Source of the DNA: Dehalococcoidia bacterium
Lineage (GTDB): Bacteria; Chloroflexota; Dehalococcoidia; Lucifugimonadales; CAJWER01
Direction of reading: 5' to 3'
Assembly: GCA_965222445.1 (NCBI GenBank)
Contig: CBDCTY010000002.1
Coordinates: 365,279 to 429,278, forward strand
Length of the DNA: 64,000 bases
The notes beneath the pieces were generated by a model. The model was not told the origin of the DNA. It made no database searches and was given only the letters and a program-made list of their open reading frames with translations. Positions 36,080-45,470 of the stretch are shown piece by piece. The position numbers and the translations under genes are program-made. The first letter of the stretch is position 1. Each line of letters begins with the position of its first letter.

Positions 36080-36979
36080 CTACTGCGACAGGTCCACTGA
36101 GTCCAGGAAGGCCCGCAGGTCGTTGGGCAACTCCGATACTAGCTCCAGCCGTCTGCCAGTGCGCGGGTGGTCGAACGCGAGGCGGTGGGCGTGCAGGAAG
36201 TGGTGCTCGAGCCCCGGCGCGGGCCGCCCGTAGGTGGCGTCCCCCGCGACCGGGTGGCCGATGGACGCCATGTGGACGCGGATCTGGTGCGTCCTGCCGG
36301 TCCTGGGGCGGGCCTCCACGAGCGAGTAGCCGCGCAGCCGCTCCAGCACTTCGTATTCGGTGACCGCATCCCTTCCCGTGCTGACGACGGCCATGCGCGT
36401 GCGGCTCCTGGGGTGCCTGCCTATCGGCGCGTCGATGATCGCCCGCGCCGGCTCAGGGTACCCCGTTACGACCGCAAGGTACGCCTTCGACACGGTCCTG
36501 TCCTTGAACTGGCCTGATAAGCCCGCCTGCGCCGCGTCGTTCTTGGCGACGACGATCAGCCCCGACGTGTCCCTGTCGAGGCGGTGCACCAGGCCCGGCC
36601 TGACCTCGCCTCCCACGCCCTCCAGATCGGGGCAGTGGGCCAGCACCGCGTTGGCAAGCGTATGGTCCGGGTGGCCCGGCGCGGGGTGAGTCACGAGCCC
36701 CGCGGGCTTGTCGACCACCAGCAGGTCCGCGTCCTCGTACACGACGTGCAGGTCAATCGCCTGGGGCGTGAGCTTGGAGGGCGTGGGCGGAGGAACTACC
36801 AGGCTTATGGTCTGGCCCGCCCGCAGCCGCGTGGCAGGCTTTGCCGGACCGCCGTCTACGGTGACGCAGCCCTCGATTGTGAGGGCCTGTATTCGCGAGC
36901 GCGACAGGTCGGGACAGCGCTGCGCGAGGAAGCTGTCGAGCCGCTCGCCCCCGTCGTCAACCCTGAACGTGAGCGTCAT
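36080..36979 (-). CDS. rluD: RluA-family 23S rRNA pseudouridine synthase (RluD-like)
   Basis: S4-like N-terminus, HRLDRDTSGLIVVAKN catalytic motif and GRTHQIRVH. Confidence 0.9.
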   Translation of the reverse strand: MTLTFRVDDGGERLDSFLAQRCPDLSRSRIQALTIEGCVTVDGGPAKPATRLRAGQTISLVVPPPTPSKLTPQAIDLHVVYEDADLLVVDKPAGLVTHPAPGHPDHTLANAVLAHCPDLEGVGGEVRPGLVHRLDRDTSGLIVVAKNDAAQAGLSGQFKDRTVSKAYLAVVTGYPEPARAIIDAPIGRHPRSRTRMAVVSTGRDAVTEYEVLERLRGYSLVEARPRTGRTHQIRVHMASIGHPVAGDATYGRPAPGLEHHFLHAHRLAFDHPRTGRRLELVSELPNDLRAFLDSVDLSQ

Positions 36980-37751
36980 CGCGGGCGTCGGGCTGCGGCC
37001 GGCTGGCTTCCGGCGGGTTGCAGGCTGGCCTTGTCGATGCGTCCGGGGATGGATTCCCGCCCCGTATCGAGTACGGGGCAGGCTTTTCGCGGGAATGACG
37101 GATGCGGTGGGTTTGGGCCGCCGTCTCGTCCCGCTCCCTCGGCGTGAGAAAGATTATCAGGGCCAGGAGGCCTATGCCCGTCACTATCGACGAGTCGGCG
37201 ACGTTGAAGATGGGCCACCAGCCGATGTCTATGAAGTCGATTACCGAACCCAGCCGGACCCTGTCGAGCAGGTTGCCGAACGCGCCGCCGAGCTGCAGCC
37301 CGATCGCCAGCCTCAGCACCCGGCCGGACAGCGCGTGGGAGCGGTAGAAGTAGTAGATGAACCCGATGGCCAGGAGCGAGGTGATGATCAGCACCAGCGT
37401 CTGGTCGGGGAAGAGGCCGAACGCCGTCCCCGAGTTCGTCCCATAGGTCACGCGGACCAGCCCCTCGCGCGGCCACGACTCGTAGAGGTCCAAGTTGGTC
37501 TTGACGATGTACTTGGTGACCTGGTCCGCAATGAAGACGACCACGGCGACGGACAGCATGATACGGTCCCTGTACCAAGAAATCCGTGCCGTGCCGTGTC
37601 CTGCGTCTGCCTGGACGGCCCCCTGCTCCGACATGTCGTCCGACTCCTCGTCCTTCTTTTCGAGCATTCCCAGCACCGGTCGATACAGAATTGCGTACAC
37701 TACGGCGAAGAGGGCCGCGAAGCCGACGATCCGCACTGCCTCGATGGTCAC
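36957..37751 (-). CDS. lspA: lipoprotein signal peptidase II
   Basis: IADQVTKYIV, NSGTAFG and VIDFIDIGWWPIFNVADSSI. Start uncertain (candidate ATGs at 37751, 37634 and 37559). The C-terminal about 55 codons run through a REP-like repeat. Confidence 0.8.
   Translation of the reverse strand: MTIEAVRIVGFAALFAVVYAILYRPVLGMLEKKDEESDDMSEQGAVQADAGHGTARISWYRDRIMLSVAVVVFIADQVTKYIVKTNLDLYESWPREGLVRVTYGTNSGTAFGLFPDQTLVLIITSLLAIGFIYYFYRSHALSGRVLRLAIGLQLGGAFGNLLDRVRLGSVIDFIDIGWWPIFNVADSSIVTGIGLLALIIFLTPRERDETAAQTHRIRHSREKPAPYSIRGGNPSPDASTRPACNPPEASRPQPDARDDAHVQG
37045..37102. repeat. REP-like palindromic mini-repeat (long variant) inside the lspA 3' reading frame
   Basis: GGGGATGGATTCCCGCCCCGTATCGAGTACGGGGCAGGCTTTTCGCGGGAATGACGG; compare 1803-1853. 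Confidence 0.7.
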
Positions 37752-37896
37752 GGCAACCCCTCCGCCGCACTGCCTTCACGCGAATCAACTTGACGCAGCT
37801 ACCATCATATCAAGAGCGGCGGCAGAGTGTTGCGGGTTGACACTCCCGTAACCGCATTGTACCATTACGTGTAATATTGGCCCAGGGAGGGCAGCC

Positions 37897-38313
37897 GTGG
37901 GTAACGAAGAAGGAAAACGTCCAGGCGACAGGAGCAGGATGGCTGAGGGCATAGACATGATAGTCGACGAGGCCAAGATGGCGACGACGCGCGCCTACAA
38001 GAGGTCCGGCGCGGAGTCCATCGGTGAGAGCGTGAAGGAGGCGCTTCGGGGCGCCCTATCCTCTAGGGACAACGTGGTGATGGTGAGGCTCAACTCGGAG
38101 AGCGTGGCGAAGCTCGACGAGCTCGTCGAGTCGGGGATCGTCAACAGCAGGTCGGAAGCGGCAGCCTTCCTGATAGGCGAGGGAGCCGCCGCCCGCTCCC
38201 AGCTCTTCGAGCGCATCGCCGAGAAGACGGAGACGATCAGGAAGGCCAAGCAGGAGCTCCGCAGCCTCATCGACGACGAGCCCGCGGGGACTCCGCCCGC
38301 CGAGGGCGCCTAA
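37897..38313 (+). CDS. ribbon-helix-helix (CopG/Arc-like) domain protein
   Basis: VVMVRLNSESVAKLDELVESGIVNSRSEAAAFLI fits the RHH beta-alpha-alpha pattern. GTG start at 37897, uncertain. Confidence 0.55.
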   Translation: MGNEEGKRPGDRSRMAEGIDMIVDEAKMATTRAYKRSGAESIGESVKEALRGALSSRDNVVMVRLNSESVAKLDELVESGIVNSRSEAAAFLIGEGAAARSQLFERIAEKTETIRKAKQELRSLIDDEPAGTPPAEGA

Positions 38314-38412
38314 CGGTACCAACTGATTTACTCCCGTAGCCTGTGCAGAGTACCTTCCAACGCACGACACACGTACTCACGCACCTTGGTCTTCACGTAG
38401 CGAGGAGGACTT

Positions 38413-38853
38413 GTGGTGTACAAGCTTGACCCACTCGAAGCCACGCTGGCGTTTGAGCACAAGCAATACCGTCTAGGAGACACGATCGACGCAGCAGTCA
38501 CGCTTGTGCCCAACAGCGACATCGTTATCCGAAAAGCGTCCCTCAACCTCGTGGTGGAGGGGCGTCGAACGGAGGTCAAAATGGGAAGGGCAATGGGCAC
38601 GGGTGGTGCCAGCACCCTGCAGGGAGGTAACCCGCATGTGACGACCGACTTCACCCCCATGCAACAGACCGCGGAGGAAGAGACGTATACGGAGGTCTGC
38701 TATAGCGAGCCCTTCCTGGTTTCAACATCGGTGCGGAAGGGCAATTTCAGCAGACACGACGTGGCACTCGAAATAGGCCCAAGTCTCCCAAGGCCGGCGC
38801 TCGAGGCCAAGGAACTCCAGCGAGACGCGAATAGCCCGCTCTCCCTAGAGTGA
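38413..38853 (+). CDS. hypothetical protein (arrestin/Spo0M-like beta-sandwich pattern, weak)
   Basis: 146-aa ORF (GTG start) containing YRLGDTIDAAVTLVP..IRKASLNLVVEG. The frame stays open for 26 more codons after the TGA, with the next stop at 38932-38934. Confidence 0.4.
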   Translation: MVYKLDPLEATLAFEHKQYRLGDTIDAAVTLVPNSDIVIRKASLNLVVEGRRTEVKMGRAMGTGGASTLQGGNPHVTTDFTPMQQTAEEETYTEVCYSEPFLVSTSVRKGNFSRHDVALEIGPSLPRPALEAKELQRDANSPLSLE

Positions 38854-38956
38854 TGGTGGATTGAGGTCAAGGTCGACGTCGTCCGGGGACGGAACCCGAC
38901 CGTACTTCACAACATACATGCCAACCTGTCCTGAGCATCAAGCCCAAGGGTTCGCT

Positions 38957-39040
38957 GTAATTGATTAGCGGGGTCGGTGTCATGGTATCACATGGGTGTT
39001 GCGGAAGGCTGAGTAAGTCCTTATACTTTACCTATGTGTG
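38957..39040 (+). mobile_element. 5' end fragment (IRL plus ~70 bp) of the IS66-family element
   Basis: GTAATTGATTAGCGGGGTCGGTGTCATGGTATCAC...CTATGTG matches 62452-62540. Similarity ends just after the ATG at 39034. Confidence 0.85.
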
Positions 39041-39292
39041 AGTTCGTAGCCTTGCTTCGCCAGACCTGCTCAGGCGAAAGACATTCCACGCGTTCGGGGA
39101 TTACGAGTTCAACTTCTATGGCGACTGGAAAGGGACGGCGAGCCCTCACGCCAGATGGGTTACACCGGGCGATGACATCAATCACGGGCACCTGCTGGCC
39201 GCGATCCCTTTCGAGTTAATGCAGGACATTGAGAGCTTAGCTGATGTCAGACGCATCACTTGGTGGATACTCCAACAGATAGGGAGTCAGTA

Positions 39293-39976
39293 ATGATGTT
39301 CAATAGAAGGCGTCCTCTGTGGTACTACGGGATTGTCGGACTGTTCACCCTCGCTATCGTGGGGTCTGTCGTCATATTCCTTACCTTTACGCGAACCAGT
39401 GCCGAAGCTGCTGTACGCGAGGCTTGCGCGCAGACCGCCGCAGTAGATTCCTACGACCTAGTTTCTGCAACATCGGGGGAAACATCGTCGGAGGAATTAG
39501 GGGCATTCACCATGACCATGCGACTTGAGATCAGTGTATCGGGAAGCGCGCAACATGCCATTCTCAGGATAGGTGGCGTACCCAACGAGCCCGAAGGCGT
39601 CATAGAGCAGATATACGACGGTCAATCAGCAAGATACTTGCGCCGTAGCGATTCAAGCGAATGGACTGTCCTTCCTGCCACCGACGAGGGTATGGCCCTG
39701 CCTTTCCCCCACAGCAGAGAATCCCTATGTCCCGACGTGGACAACGCAACCCTACTTGGCGAGGAAACTTTAGACGGCGTTCAGACAAGGAAGTACAAGG
39801 TCGACACGCTAGGCGACAGCTGGCATATATGGATCGATTCCGAGGGATGGCTTGTACAGACTGAAGAGCTGCCAAGCGGGGTAGCGGGGGCCTCGGAAGA
39901 CCTACCGCTATTTGTCACCACATACTCCGGCATCGGGGAGTCCAACACCATCGTCATCCCGACCGTAGGCCAATGA
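39293..39976 (+). CDS. hypothetical membrane-anchored protein, paralog A
   Basis: MMFNRRRPLWYY plus a TM helix, with AGGGAG 7 nt upstream. It shares FPHSRESLCPD, ..RKYKVDT.. and WIDSEGWLVQ motifs with paralog B. Confidence 0.55.
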   Translation: MMFNRRRPLWYYGIVGLFTLAIVGSVVIFLTFTRTSAEAAVREACAQTAAVDSYDLVSATSGETSSEELGAFTMTMRLEISVSGSAQHAILRIGGVPNEPEGVIEQIYDGQSARYLRRSDSSEWTVLPATDEGMALPFPHSRESLCPDVDNATLLGEETLDGVQTRKYKVDTLGDSWHIWIDSEGWLVQTEELPSGVAGASEDLPLFVTTYSGIGESNTIVIPTVGQ

Positions 39977-40228
39977 AACTCAGCCCGCGCGTCGATGAGG
40001 TGCCACAGGCGACAAGGTAACCCCCTGATCCTTCCTGTCTAATGGCGGGCCAACGGCCACCTCCTTGCCATCGTTGGCCCGCCGTTCATTGTCTCTAGAT
40101 GTGTGATGCGATAGCGCATACGATAAATTGGATAATGGAACGAGCGGAGGACTAGGAGCCGAATAGCTCTGGCATCCAGCATTGTAGTCGTAGCGGTTGC
40201 GGGAATTGCATTCTGGATCATAGCCGCC

Positions 40229-40831
40229 GTGTCGCCGCCGAGTGCCGAAGCCACCGTTGCCGAGGCCTGCGCAAACGCAAACACGACCGACTCGTTTGAC
40301 ATAACATCTGAGGTCGGCGCAGGAGGCAGAGGGTCAGTTATACTGGAAGCACGGCTCTCTGGAAAGAAGATCCACTACACAACAAGGTTTAAGCGGAACG
40401 GAGAGATCTCGGACTGGCGCGGGGAATCCATCCACGACGGAGCCGGAACCGGGTACTACCGAGATAGCCTCAACCCCGAATGGAAGTCTCACGATGCGAT
40501 AGAAGGTCAGCATCCATTCCCGTACTCGCGAGAGTCTATATGTCCCGATCTGACAGATGCAGGGATTGCCTTCATCGGTGACGACACGGTGAACGGCGCT
40601 GCGGCAAGGAAGTACTCCCTCGACACAGAGGCCTTCGACTGGCTATTCTGGATAGACTCGGATGGATGGCTAATCCAGGTCGAGCGTACAGAACTTGGTG
40701 CATCTGGCGCGAGTAGCCCGGCTGATGGCGTTGCCATCTCAGCCACACTGTCGGGCAGGGGCGAGCATAACGAGATCGAGATACCCACTGATGCCGTCAG
40801 GGCTGACTCACCTAGAGACATTTCACGGTGA
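40229..40831 (+). CDS. hypothetical protein, paralog B (N-terminal TM segment not reachable from an ATG)
   Basis: It shares FPYSRESICPD, RKYSLDT and WIDSDGWLIQ with paralog A. The TM-encoding codons upstream (40139-40228) are in frame, but the only ATG (40135) is out of frame by 1. Confidence 0.45.
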   Translation: MSPPSAEATVAEACANANTTDSFDITSEVGAGGRGSVILEARLSGKKIHYTTRFKRNGEISDWRGESIHDGAGTGYYRDSLNPEWKSHDAIEGQHPFPYSRESICPDLTDAGIAFIGDDTVNGAAARKYSLDTEAFDWLFWIDSDGWLIQVERTELGASGASSPADGVAISATLSGRGEHNEIEIPTDAVRADSPRDISR

Positions 40832-40893
40832 CCAACTATTCTGGAACCCTTGAGCCTTGCGCTGATGTCACTCATCATTCACAGTGGTATCGC

Positions 40894-41367
40894 TAAGAGC
40901 CTGAGTGCGCTTTTGCGAGAAGCGATGGACCTGTGGAGAGCATATCACCGAGGAGAGGCTGAGAACTTTGCGGTCCAGGCCGAACGGTTGAAGCGAGAGG
41001 TGAGCTATCATCTCCGCGACCGCCCGATGGCTGATGCGGACAACTTGAGGCTGCAGAACGAGTTGGGCTGGCACGACGACCGGGGCAATCTGCTGCGCTT
41101 TCTGGACGATCCGGGCATTGAGCCGACCAACAACCGTGCTGAACGAGCGCTCCGCCCGGCAGTGATCGCACGGAAGGTATCCCACTGCTCGAAGAGCGTG
41201 GAGGGCGCCGATGCCTTCTCGGCCTTCACCAGCGTAACCAGGACGTTGGAGCGGAATGGCGACGACCAGCCTGTCGTGGACCGGCTCTGCGCTGTGTTCA
41301 GCGGCCCTCCCGTTCACTCCCCTTCAGTCTGAACGCATCCCCGAACTTGATGCCGCTAATCAATTAC
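40894..41367 (+). mobile_element. 3' fragment (~470 bp incl. IRR) of the IS66-family element
   Basis: ORF 40850-41332 ends ...NNRAERALRPAVIARKVSHCSKSVEGADAFSAFTSV.RTLERNG.DQPVVDRLCAVFSGPPVHSPSV, as the intact transposase does. The IRR CCGCTAATCAATTAC ends at 41367. Confidence 0.85.
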
Positions 41368-41530
41368 CCCGGCGTGTCAACTTACAGCGCGCAGGTGCGG
41401 GCACCTGGCTCAGGTTGGACGGGCGGCTCTTCCTCCGTCGCCGCTACCGGCACCACCACGCACACAGCGACAGGCCTAGCCCACGGGACCCTCCACCGTG
41501 TACGGGTTAGCGCGCGCGGCGATGGAGTAC
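41368..41530 (+). pseudogene. fibronectin type III-like domain fragment (5'-truncated by the IS end)
   Basis: YSAQVRAPGSGWTGGSSSVAATGTTTHTATGLAHGTLHRVRVSARGDG fits the FN3 C-terminal strand pattern (W..tGL..gT.Y.vrV.A). Confidence 0.4.
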
Positions 41531-41633
41531 GCTGGGTGCGTTCTGCTGTGCAGAAGCTGCATTCAGGAGCAGTTCAACACCTGGAGCGGTACATAAGGAG
41601 TGGAGGGGAGATCTCAAGAGGTCTTACAAGATA

Positions 41634-42062
41634 TTGCCAAAGAGCTTCCAGACAATGGATCTCGACAACATGAGTACCGTCGCGGAATTCAAGGCTCTCT
41701 ATCGCGAGCTTACCCCTCCCAAGGCCTCCGACGCAGGAATCATCCCTCCGGCAATACAGCAATGCTGGTACTGCGAGGGTGGCACAGTGCAGACGGACCC
41801 ACAGGGCGTAGAGTACGGCCACCTGCGGACATCCGTCCTCTACGCCATCGGTACATTCACTTACTCGTACTACGGAGGCTGGACCCAAAACATTCCTAGC
41901 GGAGTGCGCGCGAGATACGAGATACCGCAGCTAAAGACGGTGTACGACCTCGGCATAACTGGCGCATTGGTTTCCGAATTAAGAGAAGACCTATCCCCGG
42001 GCGATGCACATGAAGTCGCTGGTTGGCCAGTTGTGCGACTGATTGCAGAGGTAGCAGACTAA
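41634..42062 (+). CDS. hypothetical protein
   Basis: 142-aa ORF in an AT-richer segment. No family recognised. Confidence 0.35.
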   Translation: MPKSFQTMDLDNMSTVAEFKALYRELTPPKASDAGIIPPAIQQCWYCEGGTVQTDPQGVEYGHLRTSVLYAIGTFTYSYYGGWTQNIPSGVRARYEIPQLKTVYDLGITGALVSELREDLSPGDAHEVAGWPVVRLIAEVAD

Positions 42063-42109
42063 GGAGGCGTAGCCATGCTAATACCATTTCGTTTTGAGCG
42101 CGCCGTAAA

Positions 42110-42139
42110 GCCGTCATTCCCGCTAAGGCGGGAACCCAC
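42110..42139. repeat. REP-like palindromic mini-repeat (short variant, inverted orientation)
   Basis: GCCGTCATTCCCGCTAAGGCGGGAACCCAC. Confidence 0.65.
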
Positions 42140-42224
42140 TCCCTGGCCGCACATATACGGCGGCATCACACCTAATTGGTATAAGAATCATAATCGGCGC
42201 GACCATCGTAGCCTTGGCGGGAAT

Positions 42225-43741
42225 GTAATTGATTAGCGGCTGGCAGGGAGAGAGACGTTCAGACTGAAGGGGAGTGAACGGGAGGGCCGCTGAAAACAGC
42301 GCAGAGCCGGTCCACGACAGGCTGGTCGCCTCCATTGCGTTCCAACGTCCTGATTACGCTGGTGAACGCCGAGAACGCATCGGCCCCCTCCACGCTCTTG
42401 GAGCAGTGCGATACCTTCCGCGCGATCACTGCCGGGCGGAGCGCTCGCTCAGCACGGTTGTTGGTCGGCTCAATGCCCGGATCGTCCAGGAAGCGCAGCA
42501 GGTTCCCCGGTCGTCGTGCCAACCCAGCTCGTTCTGCAGCCGACAGCTGTCCGCATCCGACATAGGACGGTCACGGAGATGATAGCTCACCTCTCGCTTC
42601 AACCGTTCAGCCTGGATACGAAAGTCCGCAGCCTCTCCTCGGTGATATGCCCTCCACAGGTCCATGGCTTCTCGCAAAAGCGCACTCAGACTCTTGCCGA
42701 AGCTGCGTCCCCTCCCTGTCTTGGTCTGGACCACTTCGCTGACCGAGCGCAGCACGTGCGCCAGACACTTCTGCTGTTTGATCTCGGACAGCGTCTGGGC
42801 ATCGTAGCTCCGTCCTCGATCAGTCACCATCACCCCTCCATAGTCCGACGGGACCACCTCCCGCACCTCTTCGTTCCGGTGACGCGCACGGACCTGATAC
42901 ACCGTCGCCTCATCCGTCTCGAACGCCATCAGAAACGCACGCTCGCCTCCCACACGCCAGCCCGTGTCGTCGGTGTGGACGAACGGACTGGCGCGCACCG
43001 ATGTCCGCAGCCTGCTGTAGGCATCACCCACCGCACCAGCAGCACGACGCAGCGCGTCCTGGCTGATCGCTCCCTGACTCACTCTCACCCCGGTCAGCGC
43101 TCTGAGAACGGCAGGAACCTTCCGTACCGGAACGCCCACCCCATAGTGGAGCACGTGGGCCGCAGCCATCACTCGTCTCCCCACCCGGTGGGCGCTGGCC
43201 CCGTACTGGTCCGGCGCAACTTCTGGGTGCTCGCCACGCACTTGCCTGCCGCACGCCGGCACCGGCATACCTGCACACGATACGCCGTTACCTGGGGACG
43301 TGGAACCGGCAGAAGGTCGGTCACGTAGGCAAGCCGCACTCCCTCATGTTCGAGGACGCCTCCACATCCAGGGCAGGTGTCCCCCGACACTGGCGCCTCT
43401 ACAACCGGCTCGGTGATCTCATCGGCGGACGGCGGCTTGCGGTAGCTGAACTGCCCCGTACCCGGCTTGCGGCCAGGACGCCTAGGCTTGCTGCTGCGCC
43501 TGCCCTTGGAGAACGGCGCAGCCTGACGCTTTCCTCTCCGTTCGGACCCGGCAAGTTGGCTGTGCAACTCTTCGTTGGCTGCCTTCAACTCGGCAATCCG
43601 CTTCTGCTGCCCCTCGACCAGGGCCATCAGTTCGGCGTGCTCAGAATCCGTCTTGCACATAGATAGAGTATAAGAACTTACCGAGTCTTCCACAACACCC
43701 ATGTGAGTGATACCATGACACCGACCCCGCTAATCAATTAC
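42225..43741 (-). mobile_element. full-length IS66-family element, transposase broken into three ORFs
   Basis: The ends GTAATTGATTAGCGG (42225) and CCGCTAATCAATTAC (43741) are inverted repeats. ORFs 43169-43702, 42426-43268 and 42259-42522 together are colinear with the 481-aa transposase at 62491-63936. Confidence 0.9.
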
Positions 43742-43764
43742 TTTGGATTCATGGGGGAAGCGTC

Positions 43765-44889
43765 ATGAATGTCTTGGTTACAGACAGTTCGGGGTTCATT
43801 GGCTCCGTACTAGTTAAAGCTCTGCTTCAGCGGGGACACCATGTCAGTGCTTTTGACAGGGTGCCAACGATGCATGCGTTGCCTGTCAACACACTGCTGG
43901 GGGACATACGGAGCTGTGACGATGTTCAGGCCGCCGTGCAGGGACAGGATATGGTGTATCACTTAGCGGGTGTTCTGGGGAGTCACGAACTGATTGGCAA
44001 CGTACGGCATTCGCTGGATGTGAATGTTGGGGGTACTCTTAACGTCCTTGAGTCCTGCAGAATTCACAGAGCGAAAATGCTATTGGTGTCCAAGCCAAAC
44101 GTCTGGCTGAACACCTATTCCATTACAAGAGAGACTGCCGAACAGTTTAGCAAGATGTACATGGTGGAGTATGGCGTCATTACGACGATCGTCAAATGGT
44201 TTGACGCGTATGGACCTGGACAGAAAGTGGGCCCTGGGCATATCCAGAAAGTGGTGCCGACGTTCATTGTCAACGCTCTCGAAAACAGGCCATTATCTGT
44301 GTTTGGGGATGGTAAGCAGACCGCCGACTTCATTTACGTTGACGATTTAGTCGAAGCAACAATAGCCGTCGCGGAAACACCTGCGGCAGTCGGGCGCACT
44401 GTGGAGATAGGTACGGGGATTGAGACGTCGATGCTGCAGTTGTGCAAAATGATCCTTGATATGACAGAAAGCTCCTCTGAGATCGAGTTTCAACCGATGC
44501 GCCCAGGCGAGACTGCGAATACTGAATTACGTGCAGATATGGCGACATTGAAGGAAACGACAGGCTTCGTACCACGAATCAAGCTAGACCATGGGCTCAA
44601 GCAGACGATTGCGTACTATAGGCAGATGCTAGATCGCGTAGCCATTTCGTCAGCCGTTCCAACTAACTTGCCTGACGACTCGGGCTGCGGTGCTTCCAAG
44701 CTCCCGACCATTCGCGAGATGGAGGTGTTGCGCTTGTTGGCCCTAGGTTACGATACCAAGGAGATTGCTGGTGAGCTTTACCTCAGCCCCCACACCGTTC
44801 TCAATCACATACGCAACATTCGCGAGAAACTTCAAGTGCCGACCAGACTGGGCGCTGTGCTTGCCGCCCAGCGCCGTGGCTTGCTCTAA
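43765..44889 (+). CDS. extended-SDR (NAD-dependent epimerase/dehydratase-like) domain fused to a LuxR/GerE-type HTH
   Basis: Epimerase-like fold (MNVLVTDSSGFIGS, VYHLAG, FIYVDDLV). The C-terminal 65 aa, REMEVLRLLALGYDTKEIAGELYLSPHTVLNHIRNIREKL, form a LuxR_C HTH. Confidence 0.75.
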   Translation: MNVLVTDSSGFIGSVLVKALLQRGHHVSAFDRVPTMHALPVNTLLGDIRSCDDVQAAVQGQDMVYHLAGVLGSHELIGNVRHSLDVNVGGTLNVLESCRIHRAKMLLVSKPNVWLNTYSITRETAEQFSKMYMVEYGVITTIVKWFDAYGPGQKVGPGHIQKVVPTFIVNALENRPLSVFGDGKQTADFIYVDDLVEATIAVAETPAAVGRTVEIGTGIETSMLQLCKMILDMTESSSEIEFQPMRPGETANTELRADMATLKETTGFVPRIKLDHGLKQTIAYYRQMLDRVAISSAVPTNLPDDSGCGASKLPTIREMEVLRLLALGYDTKEIAGELYLSPHTVLNHIRNIREKLQVPTRLGAVLAAQRRGLL

Positions 44890-45206
44890 GAGAACTGCCT
44901 CGCAGATGACTGAAGCTTCTTGCCCCAACCGCTATGATGCGGCACGCCGGTGAGGTGCAATAGCTCCGCAGATCGACTCAAACCCTAGAATAGACAGACG
45001 GTCGGAGCCTCCGCGTCGGCTATCTCATGGCGAACGGGGAGACGAAGGGACAAGGAGACTGGTATGTCGATCCTCCCCTCATCGCCGCCACCGGACATTT
45101 GCCCGATAGGCCTGGACCAAGCCTTGCTAGATGTCCAGAATGAATCTCAACATAAAGGTTCTTGATTTTGTCCAGTTGGGTGGGGAGAGGACAAAACGAC
45201 CAGCGA

Positions 45207-45470
45207 TTACATACGATCCGGAGCGTCCATGACCATCAGGGACAGACAGCGCGCTAAGGAGATCCTGGCTGCATCCACCAGCTTGAGGCGAGCCTTGGAA
45301 ATCTCCGTGTCCTCAGGGGACTTGGAGATCACCTGGCACTGCTCATAGAAACGTTGGAAACTCGTCGCCAGCTCCAGGGCGTAGTGGGGAAGGTGGTGCG
45401 GAGCCAGGCTCCGGGCCATCTTCTCCACCAACTCGGGTAGCTCCAACATCTTGCGTATCAGCGCCAACTC
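45207..45470 (-). pseudogene. argS: arginine--tRNA ligase C-terminal (DALR anticodon-binding) fragment
   Basis: The last 87 aa of ORF 45207-45791 read [48 protein letters not shown]...[28 protein letters not shown]. They match the conserved ArgS C-terminus, including the terminal Met. The upstream 107 aa are not ArgS-like. Confidence 0.7.

Noticed and set aside
36957-36979. The 23-nt lspA/rluD overlap as a sign of misannotation of rluD.
   Set aside because: The rluD N-terminus (S4-like MTLTFRVDDGGERLD) is plausible. The overlap is better explained by the REP-like insertion extending the lspA frame.
38851-38853. The in-frame TGA as selenocysteine or programmed readthrough.
   Set aside because: No SECIS-like hairpin is evident immediately downstream and there is no Cys-homologue context. 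A nonsense mutation or the genuine stop is more parsimonious.
1803-42139. Possibility that the recurring palindromic repeats form a CRISPR array.
   Set aside because: The copies are dispersed over 40 kb at irregular distances, in both orientations and between unrelated genes. There is no regular repeat-spacer periodicity and there are no cas genes.
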